From the NCBI RefSeq assembly GCF_902652985.1, contig NC_047023.1, positions 8,990,001 through 9,054,000 on the forward strand: 64,000 bases of DNA. Direction: 5' to 3'. Shown one piece after another: positions 12,044 to 24,714 of the stretch. The translations under genes were made by a program, and so were the position numbers. Position 1 is the stretch's first letter. Each line of letters opens with the position of its first letter. The DNA comes from Pecten maximus (taxonomy: Eukaryota). A model generated the notes under the pieces. It worked only from the letters and a program-made list of their open reading frames with translations. It was not told where the DNA came from and searched no databases.

Positions 12044-13585
12044 CACATACAGTTAAATATGACTTTACATGACATACAGTTAAATATGACTTTACATGAC
12101 ATATAGTTAAATAGGACCTCACATGACATAAAGATAAAGATGACCTCACATGACAAAAACATAAAGATGACCTCACATGACATAAACATAAAGATGACCT
12201 CACATGACATACAGGTAAATAGGACCTCACTTGACAAAGATCAAGATGACCTCACATGACATAAACACATCACATAAAAATAAGTATGACCTCACATGAA
12301 ATAAAGACAAATATGACTTCACATGACATAAAGATAAATATGACCTCACATGACAAAAAGATAAGTATGACCTCACATGACAAAAAGATAAATAATGACC
12401 TCACATGACATAAAGATAAATATGACCTCACATGACATAAAGATAAATATGACTTCACATGACATAAAGATAAATAGGACCTCACATGACATACAGGTAA
12501 ATAGGACCTCACTTGATAAAGATCAAGATGACCTCACATGACATAAACACATCACATAAAGATTAGTATGACCTCACATGAAATAAAGATAAATATGACC
12601 TCACATGACATAAAGATAAATATGACCTCACATGACATAAAGATAAATATGACCTCACATGACAAAAAGATAAATATGACCTCACATGACATAAAGATAA
12701 ATATTACCTCACATGACAAAAAGATAAATATGACCTCACATGACAAAAAGATAAATAATGACCTCACTTGACATAATTATAAATATGACCTCACATGACA
12801 TACAGGTAAATAGGACCTCACTTGACAAAGATCAAGATGACCTCACATGACATAAACACATCACATAAAGATAAGTATGACCTCACATGAAATAAAGACA
12901 AATATGACTTCACATGACAAAGATAAATATGACCTCACATGACATAAAGATAAACATAACCTCACATGACATACAGAAAAATATGACCTCACATGACATA
13001 CAGATAAATATGACCTCACACGACAAAAACATAAATATGACCTCACATGACATAGAGATAAATATTGCCTCACATGACATAAAGATAAATATTACCTCAC
13101 ATGACATAAAGATAAATATTACCTCACATGACATAAAGATAGATATGACCTCACACGACATAAAGATAAATATTACCTCACATGACATAAAGATAAATAT
13201 TACCTCACATGACAAAGAATATGACCTCACACGACATAAAGATAAATATTACCTCACATGACACCTCACATGACATAAAACAAATATTACCTCACATGAC
13301 ATAAAGATAAATATGACCTCACATGACATAAAGATGAATATTACCTCACATGACATAAAGATAAATATTACCTCACATGACATAAAATAAATATTACCTC
13401 ACATGACATAAAGATAAATATTACCTCACACAACAAAAAGATAAATATTGCCTCACATGACAAAGATAAATATTACCTCACATGACATAGTTAAAATATG
13501 ACCTCACATGACATACAGGTAAATATTACCTCACATGACATACAGGTAAATATTACCTCACATGACATACAGATAAATATGAACT
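12044..13585. repeat. Minisatellite, 27-bp unit (cacatgacataaagataaatatgacct), ~55 copies, with a higher-order block
   Basis: The 27-bp period produces the MTSHDIKIN / MSCEVIFIF pseudo-ORFs. The variant block tacaggtaaataggacctcacttga..cacatcacat recurs at ~12210, ~12490 and ~12800. Confidence 0.97.
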
Positions 13586-14404
13586 CAACCAAAAAGTGCA
13601 ATGAGACTAATAACTTTTGAGCTCTTTACCAAAATATATGGTTTGATTTAATCAAGCAATGAGGAATTAAATTATGTTTGACAATGTCTAGTAAAAATCT
13701 GCGGGAATTAAATTACATACAACACTGTCTTGTAAACATTCTGCTAAAAGCAATTAGTAAACGTTTTTATTTATTTGTGATTTAAATGTGATATTTATTG
13801 ATTTCCAGTATAAATATTCCGTGAGTATTCATTTTCACATTATATAGTGACCACAAATAGAGCAAAACTGAATCAACAATCATTACCGACTATGCCAATA
13901 CCATTTAACAACAGTTGGATGATACAGGCCCCTTTGGCCTTTTGCCTAAAGAATAAGGTTGTATTTTGATTTACATCAAATATCTATGGGAGCGAATCCC
14001 TGTCTCTTTTATGGTTGAAGAATGGGTGACATTAGGCATTTTCACTGTACAGTTGTCGGGGACATCCTAACAAAACAGTGTTTAAACATATAAACAGGAC
14101 CAGCGTGGGATCGGAGTGTCCCATAGAAAAGGGATGGGTACAGCCCCTAGTGTAGGAACATGTGACACTAATTGTAGGGTGCCATCGATGTAACACAGGG
14201 CAATTGTTAGGTACGGGGTACCTGTTTCCCAACAAATGATTCACTTGAAGTAGACCGGAGTCCAGTGTGCTTCAGTATATATACATCATAATACCTTTTA
14301 TAGTTAGTCATTTGGGTTTTTACTCAATTCTAAAATCATGTACCAGGTAATTCACTTATTGAGTATTTATAGAATTAGATTTCTACATGATCATTTAAGT
14401 ATGA

Positions 14405-14604
14405 AAAAGATATTCCTGAATACATTTCATCAACAGAAAGATATTCCTTGGTAACACATTTCAACAAGAGAAAGATATTCCTTGGTAACACATTTCAACA
14501 AGAGAAAGATATTCCTTGGTAACACATTTCATCAAGAGAAAGATATTCCTTGGTAATAAATTTCATCAAGAGAAAGACATTCCTTGGTAATACATTTCAT
14601 CAAG
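14405..14604. repeat. Minisatellite, 34-bp unit (aagagaaagatattccttggtaacacatttcatc), ~5.5 copies
   Basis: aagagaaag at 14466 and 14500. Confidence 0.92.
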
Positions 14605-15748
14605 CTTTATCCCATAATGATCATGATTAGTGATAGTCAGGTTTTACTTTGAAAACTTAGCAGAATTATTTTACCTCAGTTTGAGATAAGGTCCAGAAAG
14701 ATCTCACCTTAATAAGTAATGTAGATTTCATTGTGTTGTATATGTTTCCATAATTAAGAGTCATTGGTCAAAGGGCGTGTCTCCAATTAGTGCAGCCATG
14801 CCCTTACAACTTAATGTACTCTTAAGTTCAACATGACTAAGTGTAACCGGCCACAATATTATCCTCCACAACATCCTGGTCATAAAAAATCTTAAACCCA
14901 TACTAACTTAATGTTAACATGGGGATCTATAGATCAGTGGTGCCAGCTAAAAGCTAAGTCATGGCCGATTTGCCTCCTTGTCGGCCTGTGAACAGCTATG
15001 TCAATATTTTTGTGGTCAATCAGCTGATGTTTTATGATTCATGTCTTGTTTGACAACAAACCTGTCTCCCAAGGTAAAAACCTGTTTTTCACTACTACAA
15101 CGATTTGGCGTGGTGATTCACAGGAAGAAAGGGGCTACATGCCACACTTGTCTGCACCCATCCATCTTTGTGCTGTGGTTGACCTCTCACTAATGCATCT
15201 CACTAATTCAATGCTAGTTTAAAATGTCTGTGTCTTCACAATTTGTTATTAAATTAATCTTACAAATAAAACAAAAATACAAAAATAAATATATTTGACA
15301 GTTTGCTGTAAAACATTAATTGACCATTTCTTGGTAGAAATTATCTCCACCAAAATATTCTAAGTTTATTTTATTTTATTTTTTTTTTAGCTTATTTCAA
15401 TCATCATAGCATGGATTTCCAGATTAAAAAAAGTGATTTGTCATAAAAATGGGTGAAGTTTATAACTACATTTATATAGGTAGATGGATGGGAACAATAT
15501 CCGTCAGAATCACAGTCCAGAACCGCACATTAAAGCACATCTAGACCTATATATAGCTACTGTATTTAACTGCCCTTACACTCTTGCCTGGTAATAAGCC
15601 CACAGTTATCTATTTCTGCCAAAAAAATACCAAGCTGGTGCAGATATTATTTGATCGTATTGTAATGAGTTCATCCTCTACTTCAGTCACAGTTTGTGAT
15701 GTCACTCCCTGGGCTAATTAGATTAAATAAAGATTGTGATCATGACTT

Positions 15749-15910
15749 CTGTTTGTTTGTTTGTTTGTTTGTTTGTTTGTTTGTTTGTTTGTTTGCTGGA
15801 TTTATCACCCCATGAACAGCCAAGGTCATTTTGAGGCAGGGTTGACTTGTAGTAGCTGGTGTCAAGCCCAAGGACACAACCATGACAGCACAGACTGGCC
15901 CATTTCTCAA
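15749..15910 (-). mobile_element. Truncated, internally deleted CORE-SINE with expanded (AAAC)n tail
   Basis: Matches 31919-32223 (ccccatgaacagcca..ttgtagtagctggtg, then gcccaaggacacaacc..cagcacagac), with ~85 bp of the middle missing; (gttt)x11 tail. Confidence 0.8.
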
Positions 15911-16076
15911 GGAATAACCATTAGCACTTTCATTTTTTTCAATCTTCATGATGCTTAAAATGCCTTATTACACTGATGCTATAGATAGTAATATATGACA
16001 TCATTACAAGGGTGATTATCTGACGTCATGGTTATGCTTAAGCTGAAGTCTGTGTGTTGTTGTAATTTTATTTGAA

Positions 16077-16292
16077 GGGACATGGTGACCGATTGGTTAA
16101 GGTGTCCCGACACATAATCATTAGCATTCACTACTGGGTCGCGAGTTCGAAACCCATGTTGAGCAGTTGCCTGGTACTAACTTTAAGCCAGTGGTTTTTC
16201 TGGGGGTACTCCAACTTTTATCCACTTCCAAAACCAGGCACGTCCTTGAATGACCCCAGCTGTTAACAAGATGTTACACAAAATAAACAAAA
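16077..16292 (+). mobile_element. Full-length tRNA-derived SINE with V/Meta-like central domain
   Basis: A box tgaccgattgg; B box gagttcgaaacc; central ggtttttctgggggtactcc; A-rich tail; imperfect TSD aattttatttga / aatttattttga; second copy at 55161. Confidence 0.88.
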
Positions 16293-16549
16293 ATTTATTT
16301 TGATATTATTTCCAGGGAATTAATCTGTAATATTTCATTGTATATATAATGAAATTGTTAAATATGAGCCCTACGGACTAGGAAATGCGTATAGGAAAAG
16401 AAAAACTCAAGATTTTTATATGAAATGTATAGAGCTTCTTTTGTATCAGTGACTTTCTTTCAACTTCCTCTTGTAGACTTATATATTTGTTACAATTAGC
16501 CTTCTCCCCCACAGGGTTGGAACTAGATTTTTGATTACCTAAAGATATA

Positions 16550-16730
16550 ATATTGTCACAAAATCTCCTCCTCTGTAGGGCGGAAGTATCCAGTACCTTT
16601 ATAACAAAGAAACAAGAGTCTTAATAACCAGGATATACAATGAATCTGTCACAAAACCTCCTCTTCCGTAGGGCCGGAAGTCTCTCCTTGTCTCAGCAAA
16701 GAAACACGAGTTTTAATAACCCAGATAACA
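16550..16730. repeat. Diverged ~93-bp tandem duplication
   Basis: tgtcacaaaatctcctcctctgtagggcggaagt..aaagaaacaagagtcttaataacc is repeated as tgtcacaaaacctcctcttccgtagggccggaagt..aaagaaacacgagttttaataacc. Confidence 0.8.
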
Positions 16731-17981
16731 GGAAATTATAGTGACCAATAGCTAATTGACACATTAAGAGATTGTTGACCTCCGCTAACCCGAATATCTG
16801 AAACACCAATACCATGTATCTTATTTAAATTCGGTACTGTAATGCTATCGGTATATAGCAATCAAACTCTACATCACATTAAAATATATGACACTACTAG
16901 AATTACTTTTAACAACTGCAGAAGACTGACATTAAATAGTTAAATAAGTACTTATGTCCTCACTTTGACAACCCTCGACACCCGATTAGGTCAGTGTTCT
17001 ATCTACCGTTGGTCAGGATCGTGTGGTAATGACCTTGAGAACGCAGAGGTCAAGTTAAATTTTTCTCTACTGGAAATCCATTAGACTGATGTATTTAACG
17101 AAGATCATTCAACTTTCTCTTTCGATAGATTTGAGATCATAGATATCGGAAATAAGATGTTATATAAACATTTCAACAGTGATACATTAAAATGTATTGG
17201 CTGTCTGTGGTATCTCGTAGTTTTACATCAGAACTGGAGGTCAGTGGTCTTCGCTGTCTAAGATCCCCCAGATCGGTAAGTTTAGGATAAATAACCTTCA
17301 CACCCTCAATTATGTATCGCTTACCTATCGGTCACCTATGCTAACTCTTTCATTTACCTGTCGGTCGGACTGATTGACCATACCGTTTAGTTAGCGTTTA
17401 CTTGTCGGTCAGTTTATAATTGACCACACAGTCCTATAACACAATGAAGTTTGTATAGTTGCGACACCTGTACTATCATGACGACGCGGCTATGGAGTTA
17501 AATAGCCAGGTATACCGCACTATTGTAAATTATAATTGAATCACAACAAATAAAGTTGACATAACACCAGGGGTTTTGAATTTGTGGTTTATTTTTTGCA
17601 CCTGGATATATTCTTTGACTAACAGAATCGATCCCCTGAGTGCTATGATTACACCTGTCGAAGGTAATATCAGGTAAGAAAAAGACAGGTAAGTCAAAGA
17701 CAAGCAGGTTGGTGTCGGTCACCTTGGGAGGGCTTTACCAGCCGGGGACGTAAACCTTTCTGTAAACAGTCCCCACGAGAGTCTTTGATGTGCCTGTAAG
17801 GTTGAGGACAGGTCCAACCCCCTAGGAGCCTGGCCCTGCTGGCCTGTCATATTTATATCATAATGTGTTTAACAAGGTCAAATGCTGGCTTGTTTGTGTG
17901 ATCTAACTGTGTGTTGGGTCAGATCTGGGGAAGGTGGTGATAGGCCTGAAATTGTTATTAAATGGAATCCCATGTTTACAC

Positions 17982-18206
17982 TTTATTTGTCCCCTACCAG
18001 TGAAACCGGTTCCCTCCCCATCCGTCTGTCTGTCAGTCCATCCACTCAGTTTTCTGCACTTTCTCAGCCATGCTTCAAGGTATGTTAGTGAAAGTTGGTA
18101 TGTAACTTCAGTACGAGTAGCTACACATAAAATCCAAGTTTCAAGGTTTTTTGGTCAAGGTCAAGGTCACTGTTACTATTTTTAGCAGGGGGTCGGTAGA
18201 AGACAT
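17982..18206 (+). mobile_element. Short HINE/DINE-1-like non-autonomous Helentron (degenerate)
   Basis: 5' gtccccta subterminal repeat, (gtcc/gtct)n tract, then a body that aligns with 37082-37350 (gaaagttggtatgtaacttcag..tcaaggtcaaggtcactgttactatt). Confidence 0.75.
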
Positions 18207-20162
18207 CTACAATAGTTGATTACCGGTAAACTTATGGGTAATGAAATGTTAACGGTAATGTTTGTGTGTAATTTTGATCATATTTAATGATAAAAAGTGC
18301 CCCAATTCCCAGCAACCTTGGACAAAATTAATGCACCTGAAAAATTGAGAAAAAGTGCTTATAATTGCTGGTATGAAAAATCTAAGGATGTCAATGATGT
18401 TAAGATACATGTATGTCAAGTAGATAGTCTATAGGACTGTTTTAAAGCTTGAAATTTAACTGAATTAAATATCGCAATATTATAATACGAAGTTGCAAAG
18501 AATACGCGACCTGCAATCTGTATGATCCGAACTGCAAATAGCATTCGATAATGACACAATTATGCATTAGTTCTAGTAAGCAGGGTTCATGACTTTCTGA
18601 TCCCAGATAAACCAGGGGAGGTCTAAGACTTACCTGTGTTCAAAATAGTTAAATTTGACGTGACATCATTTGATAAATCGATCAGTTCTTGTCAAATCAA
18701 TAATACTCTAGTTATTTGGGATTTGTATACCCGGAACACAGCGGTGAGTCATGACAGTTACGTAGATATCGATGGATCAGGGTAAATCCAGAGACTATGG
18801 AATTCTGTGACAGTTAAAAGAATTAAGCTATAGTTAAAGCTTGTTTCAGAAATGTTCTCCAACGTTTATAGGCAACACACATATAGTCGGGGATACTTTT
18901 AAGTTTTCTTCGCAATTGCAGCATACATGTATAATGCAAGAAGTAGCTATTTGACTGTAACTAAAGCTGTAATGAAAATTTTATTTAATTTACAACAATT
19001 GCAAAGCAAATGATATTAACTTATGTTGGACTGATAAAATTGTGCAAGGGGCTCTTACTGTGGAAGGAAATAAAATACCCAAAGAAACCCACCTGGTCAG
19101 GCACCACCACCACCCCCATATTTCAGCAGGTTTTTTAGGATGAAAATTGTCCCACTTTGAAATACAAAAAAAAATCTTTTTGACACTATCTTGCAAATAA
19201 ACTAAGCTCCGGTGATTTGAGGAAGTCAGATGTTTCAGACAGTTGCTCAAAAAGTGACCTTGCAGTTGCATCATATAATATTTCTCAAAGAGTTACTGTA
19301 TACCCTGTATCTTCAGTCCTGTAATGTATTGAAGAAATATTGATTTTGCATTTCTATAAAACTGTTGAAAAAAAAAATATAGAAAATATTCAATATATTC
19401 TATCTACAGTCCTGTAGTGTATTGAAAAAATTTAGATTTTTCAGATTATTTCTCAAAAAGTGATCTCTCATTTGCATAAAACTGGGGGGAAAAAATTGGA
19501 AAATATTCAATATATTTCCAAAGAGATTTTTCATACATTTTCACCAGAGTTCTGTAATGTATTGGGTAATCAGTCTGATGGGGCCGGCCATTGTTCCCTA
19601 CATGATACCAGGAATTCTACATTAATTGGATGGTTCCTGGTATAGGCCGTGTATTGCAGGTGTCCATTATATGGCCCAGACGTTGGTCAACACCTGGAGT
19701 TTTCGCACCACAGTCCTGTATCATCTCGCTCCACTGGGAGATCTCCTGTTTATGTTTAAGTGCTCTGCACCAAGATTTAACACATTAAATCACATCGCCA
19801 CCCTTGGCCCCCTCTGTGTTTTCTAAATAAAACCAGTCAATCTAGTCATTGTTCATGGTATGGGGATGGACTCTGTAGAAGGAACGGCTGCCGATTATTG
19901 TTTATCATCGGAGGATATTTCCAGCTCATGAACAGCATATTAACATTGTTTTATGGGTTGTGTTATTTAAAAGGAAATTGAAAATTGTTAGATGATATAT
20001 ACACTCTGTTTTCTAACCAGCAACTACATTTTTTTTTTCTATGAGTTAGAATTCTCAGACTCTTTCATTAGGCAAGTTTTAGTAAATTTCTTTTAACATT
20101 GTTAAGTTTGCAGATGTAAGACACCAGGTGTATCCTTAAGTACCTACATGTACCTAGCAATG

Positions 20163-20257
20163 ATTTCTGATAGACACTGCCGTATATAACAAAACTTTCC
20201 GATAGACACTGCCGTATATAACGAAAGTTTCTGATAAACACTGCCGTATATAACAAA
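20163..20257. repeat. 32-bp tandem triplication (gatagacactgccgtatataacaaaactttcc)
   Basis: gatagacact at 20169 and 20201. Confidence 0.9.
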
Positions 20258-20710
20258 AGCACATGCTACTGAAAATTCATTAGCCAAAAATCTATGTTTT
20301 AAGGAGATTTTCTCATCCTCGCTTTGTAACAAACAGGAACTACACAGTTCCAGCAGCTCCCTTTGGGTATCGCAGAGATATACTTAAAGGGACCTCACAC
20401 AAGAAAGAAAGTAGCACGGAAATCAATTTCATCGGTGGTTTGTATTTTTTGAGAATTGATAGCCCTCTGGTGTAGCTATCTATAATTTTGGCAGTTAGAA
20501 GACTTGGCAGGTATTCACAACACATTTTCCCGTCATGTCCACTAAACCTCTCTGTAAATCACATACTATGAAACTCAACATCCTAGAGGTTTTCAGAAGG
20601 TTTGAGTCACTCCATAGTATTCCTAAAGATTTTCCCATGTTGGAGGGACCAGAGTTTGAAAATTTACATGTATAATGTCCATGTTTCCTGAAATAACAGT
20701 TGAGTAAATG

Positions 20711-21745
20711 CAACAGGCTTAATACAATACAGGCCAACAGGTTTAATACAATACAGGCCAACAGGCTTAATACAATACAGGCCAACAGGCTTAACGCAAT
20801 ACAGGCCAACAGGCTAAACACAATACAGGCCAACAGGCTCAATACAATACAGGCCAACAGGCTTAATACAATACAGGCCAACAGGCTTAACGCAATACAG
20901 GCCAACAGGCTAAACACAATACAGGCCAACAGGCTCAATACAATACAGGCCAACAGGCTTGATACAATACAGGCCAACAGGCTTAACACAATACAGGCCA
21001 ACAGGCTCAATACAATACAGGCCAACAGGCTTAATACAATACAGGCCAACAGGCTTGATACAATACAGGCCAACAGGCTTAACACAATACAGGCCAACAG
21101 GCTTAATACAATACAGGCCAACAGGCTTGATACAATACAGGCCAACAGGCTAAACACAATACAGGCCAACAGGCTCAATACAATACAGGCCAACAGGCTT
21201 AATGCAATACAGGCCAACAGGCTTAATACAATACAGGCCAACAGGCTTAACACAATACAGGCCAACAGGCTTAATACAATACAGGCCAATAGGCTTAATA
21301 CAATACATGCCAACAGGCTAAACACAATACAGGCCAACAGGCTTAATACAATACAGGCCAACAGGCTTAATGCAATACAGGCCAACAGGCTTAATACAAT
21401 ACAGGCCAACAGGCTTAACACAATACAGGCCAACAGGCTTAATACAATACAGGCCAACAGGCTTAATACAATACAGGCCAACAGGCTTAACACAATACAG
21501 GACAACAGGCTTAACACATTACAGGCCAACAGGCTTAACACAATACAGGACAACAGGCTTAACACATTACAGGCCAACAGGCTTAATGCAATACAGGCTA
21601 ACAGGCTTAATGCAATACAGGCCAACAGGCTTGATACAATACAGGCCAACAGGCTTGATACAATACAGGCCAACAGGCTTGACACAATACAGGCCAACAG
21701 GCTTAACACAATACAGGCCAACAGGCTTGATACAATACAGGCCAA
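20711..21745. repeat. Minisatellite, 24-bp unit (caacaggcttaatacaatacaggc), ~43 copies
   Basis: Strict 24-bp period with no visible indels; explains ORFs 20700..21950 and 20495..21787. Confidence 0.97.
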
Positions 21746-21856
21746 TGTTGCCTCTTGGAAACATGGGAAAATCCTACTTCCATCCAATGTCCTATCCAGA
21801 ATAAAAACATCAGAAATTGTGGACGAGACAGACTTTCATTCAGACTTTCACACACC

Positions 21857-22145
21857 GACAAATATACAAGTGCTATATGTGTTTTCTTTCTCTCATCATC
21901 GTCATCGTCATTGTTGTCGTTGCCGTTGCTGTCGTCGTCATCATCATTAACAAATATACCATATAGAAAGCCAAAATGGCATTACTTTCTTTTTTATACA
22001 AATATAAAAGTGCTGTATTTGTTTTCTTTTATCATAATCAGTGTCGTTGTCACTGTTGTCCTTGTCATCATCATCATTCATCAAATATATCTGTTAATAT
22101 AGAAAGCTAAAACGGCATTATTATTTTCTTTTTTATACAAATACA
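21857..22145. repeat. ~140-bp tandem duplication containing a (tca/tcg/ttg)n microsatellite
   Basis: acaaatatacaagtgcta..atatagaaagccaaaatggcattactttcttttttatacaaata occurs twice in diverged form. Confidence 0.75.
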
Positions 22146-23444
22146 TATCATCATTAGCGTGTATATATATTTCATTCTAGTTGACACTCAAATGTAGACA
22201 TAGGACGGACTTACATGTCGGGCACAATGGAATTCGACTGAAAGCTATCACCCAGACTGAAGTTTTGATGTAATAATATATGTTATACGATGATATCGAT
22301 ATATACAGTCGTAAGGTTATACAGTCGCAGACACAGTTAATATTTAGAGAGTATCGCTATAAAAGGATGATATCTCCTATAGCCTTGGTAACCATTGAAG
22401 AACACAATGACATCCCCCGGAGGATAGTCGTGTGCTGTCTACAGGTAATCACATGGGTACCAATGATATCGGAACTTTTGTATCAAACAGCCTCAATTTT
22501 CTCGTCTTTCCTCTGTATAAGTGTGGCTCACAGTTTCACATCTTGATCGTTTACTACCTAGCTATATTGTATAAGTTGGATTCAAATATCTGAGAAACTC
22601 AAAGATCTATCTGGTGGATAACATCAATGGGGATGGCAATCAGTTTCACTTTCAGAGTGGAAACTGTTTTACAGTACTCTTTTATTTATTTATTTTTTTT
22701 ATTTATTTCATATTTTAATTTAGACAATTATCTGGGTGCATTTTGGTGAAGATCTTATTAGCTACACCTCATATATCTAATCAGTTAATAATAAACATAA
22801 TACATGCCGGTAATTGAAAGTTCTTAATAAAACATAATGTATACCAGTAATTGAATGTTCTTAATTAGGGTGTATTTTCAAGTTTTACTAATTACTAAAA
22901 TTATGTGACACAAAAATAATTTTATTTCTAAACATTTGGTGGATACCAACCAGTAGCAGACGTGGATAAGTTTTGAATGACATTTCTGAACACATGCCAA
23001 TTAACAATTTACATGGAGATGAAGGATATATTGATGTGAGGGGACTGGCCGGGGTGGGATTGGTCGGGACTCGCAGGAAACAGGAAGGAACCTATTAGAG
23101 AAATACAAGTACAACAGAACAATGTCGGGCAGAATTAGCTTTATTTGTCCATATTTCAAACCAACTAAGGCTTTAAATCAGATGATGAAGACATATTGCT
23201 TCTAGTATTGATCGTTTGGGATGGTCACACCATGGACCGGTAACCGCGGAAACAAGGCGGGGCCTTCTGATTATCCCTTCTGTTGGTTTGATCGAGTCGC
23301 AGTACAATAGCAATCAAACAATTCCATTAAAATTGTCATTGGATGATAATTAGGCATGAACAAAAGGGAACAGCAATCAGAAAACCACAGCAAGGAATTG
23401 TAGTGGCCACACTTAGTGGGGAACTGTTACAACCAGTTACCAAG

Positions 23445-23906
23445 CATCGACCTTGATCATAAACTTTGACCTGCTTTAAAAAAAAACTTAAACCTTGGCC
23501 ACAGCACCCATAGGTTAACCATATGAGATAGGTCTTTCATTTTTAACAAGTGTTCCTTGTAATAAGACCTTTGGATTAATTGGTACTAGATTTGCAAACC
23601 TGCTGACATTGACTGTGACCTTTGAACTTCTTTTAAAAATTTAATTAAGAATTTCAACCCACTCAGCAAGCAATGTTGTTTTCCATACAACTCTTGTTCA
23701 TTTTAATGACTTCTCAAAAAACAAAAGGTCCAAGATTTGTGATATTTGTGGTAAGTTTCTGGAGTAAGACCCATCAAAATATTCAAGGTCACAGGGTCAA
23801 ATATGTCACAGTACATAAACAAGTTCTTTTGAATAAATGAAAGGCAGAAAATTATGAAAGAAGTAAATACCAGGTGAGAGATACAGGCCCATTTTGCCTC
23901 TTGTTG
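23445..23906 (+). mobile_element. Degraded fragments of HINE-like elements (two 3' ends)
   Basis: tgacctt/aggtca-rich bodies ending ..acaactcttgtt (~23698) and caggtgagagatacaggcccattttgcctcttgtt (~23903). Both have the same ctcttgtt terminus as the large HINEs. Confidence 0.55.
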
Positions 23907-24714
23907 TTCCAATTGTATACCATGAATTCTGATGAATGATGGCATTGGTTCAGAGTATACCTGCATACCAGGTATATTCCTTGTTATTTCAAAATAACCA
24001 ATATCTAAAAGGTCAGGAAGTAAATGTAAAAAGCATTTTGTTATGCAATATTTTTATCATTACTTCTTTTAGGCCTATTTTAAAATGTAACGCTGGATTT
24101 CAATATTAAATGCTGGCCTGAATCAAGGCACTTTTAACAGGAATCTGCTTTGCGATAAAAGGATGACAAATTTGGTTAGAGTAATCTATTTTTGGCGAAC
24201 AAAACTGACCAGACAGCAGCATCAAATGCTGACCAAGCACAATTTCTCGTCAAAAATTGGTTTAGGATTCATTTTCTGTGAGCGTAAATTGAATTATTGA
24301 CAAGAATTACACTGATTGTAGTCTGAGAAGTTGTATGGTGCTGTGCTTAGCTTAGACAAGTTATCACCTCCCTGGCGGTCAACTGAGAGAATATTTGATT
24401 TTTTTTGGACCTGTGGCAACATCAGAACTTTCGAGATGTAGCTAATGCAATCAAAGCAAATGACATTAGGCTCGGGAAGTGTCTTCCATCTCACTCAGGG
24501 CAGCGGAGAATTACTTGACAGAGAAAATGAGTAAGAAGCACTATTGTAGACAAGGTACAATCTGTTTATAAGGCTTGGTATTTCCTTAAAACTTAAGAAA
24601 ATTCCACAACTCTATGATAAAGACGAAATTTCTTTTTCATTCTTAAGGATTAAAAAGAATTTCAGAAAATTGGATCCACTTTCTGCTTCAGGAAGCTTGT
24701 TTAGTCCAATTGTT

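Noticed and set aside
11970-13261. Cluster of Cys/Met-rich ORFs; likewise those at 25123-27514, 38123-38927, 46085-47167 and 56625-57516
   Set aside because: All lie in tandem arrays, shift frame at unit indels, and occur in multiple frames and on both strands.
20495-21950. 430-aa and 416-aa ORFs
   Set aside because: Both are translations of a 24-bp minisatellite; the non-repeat ends show no protein-like features or convincing splice context.
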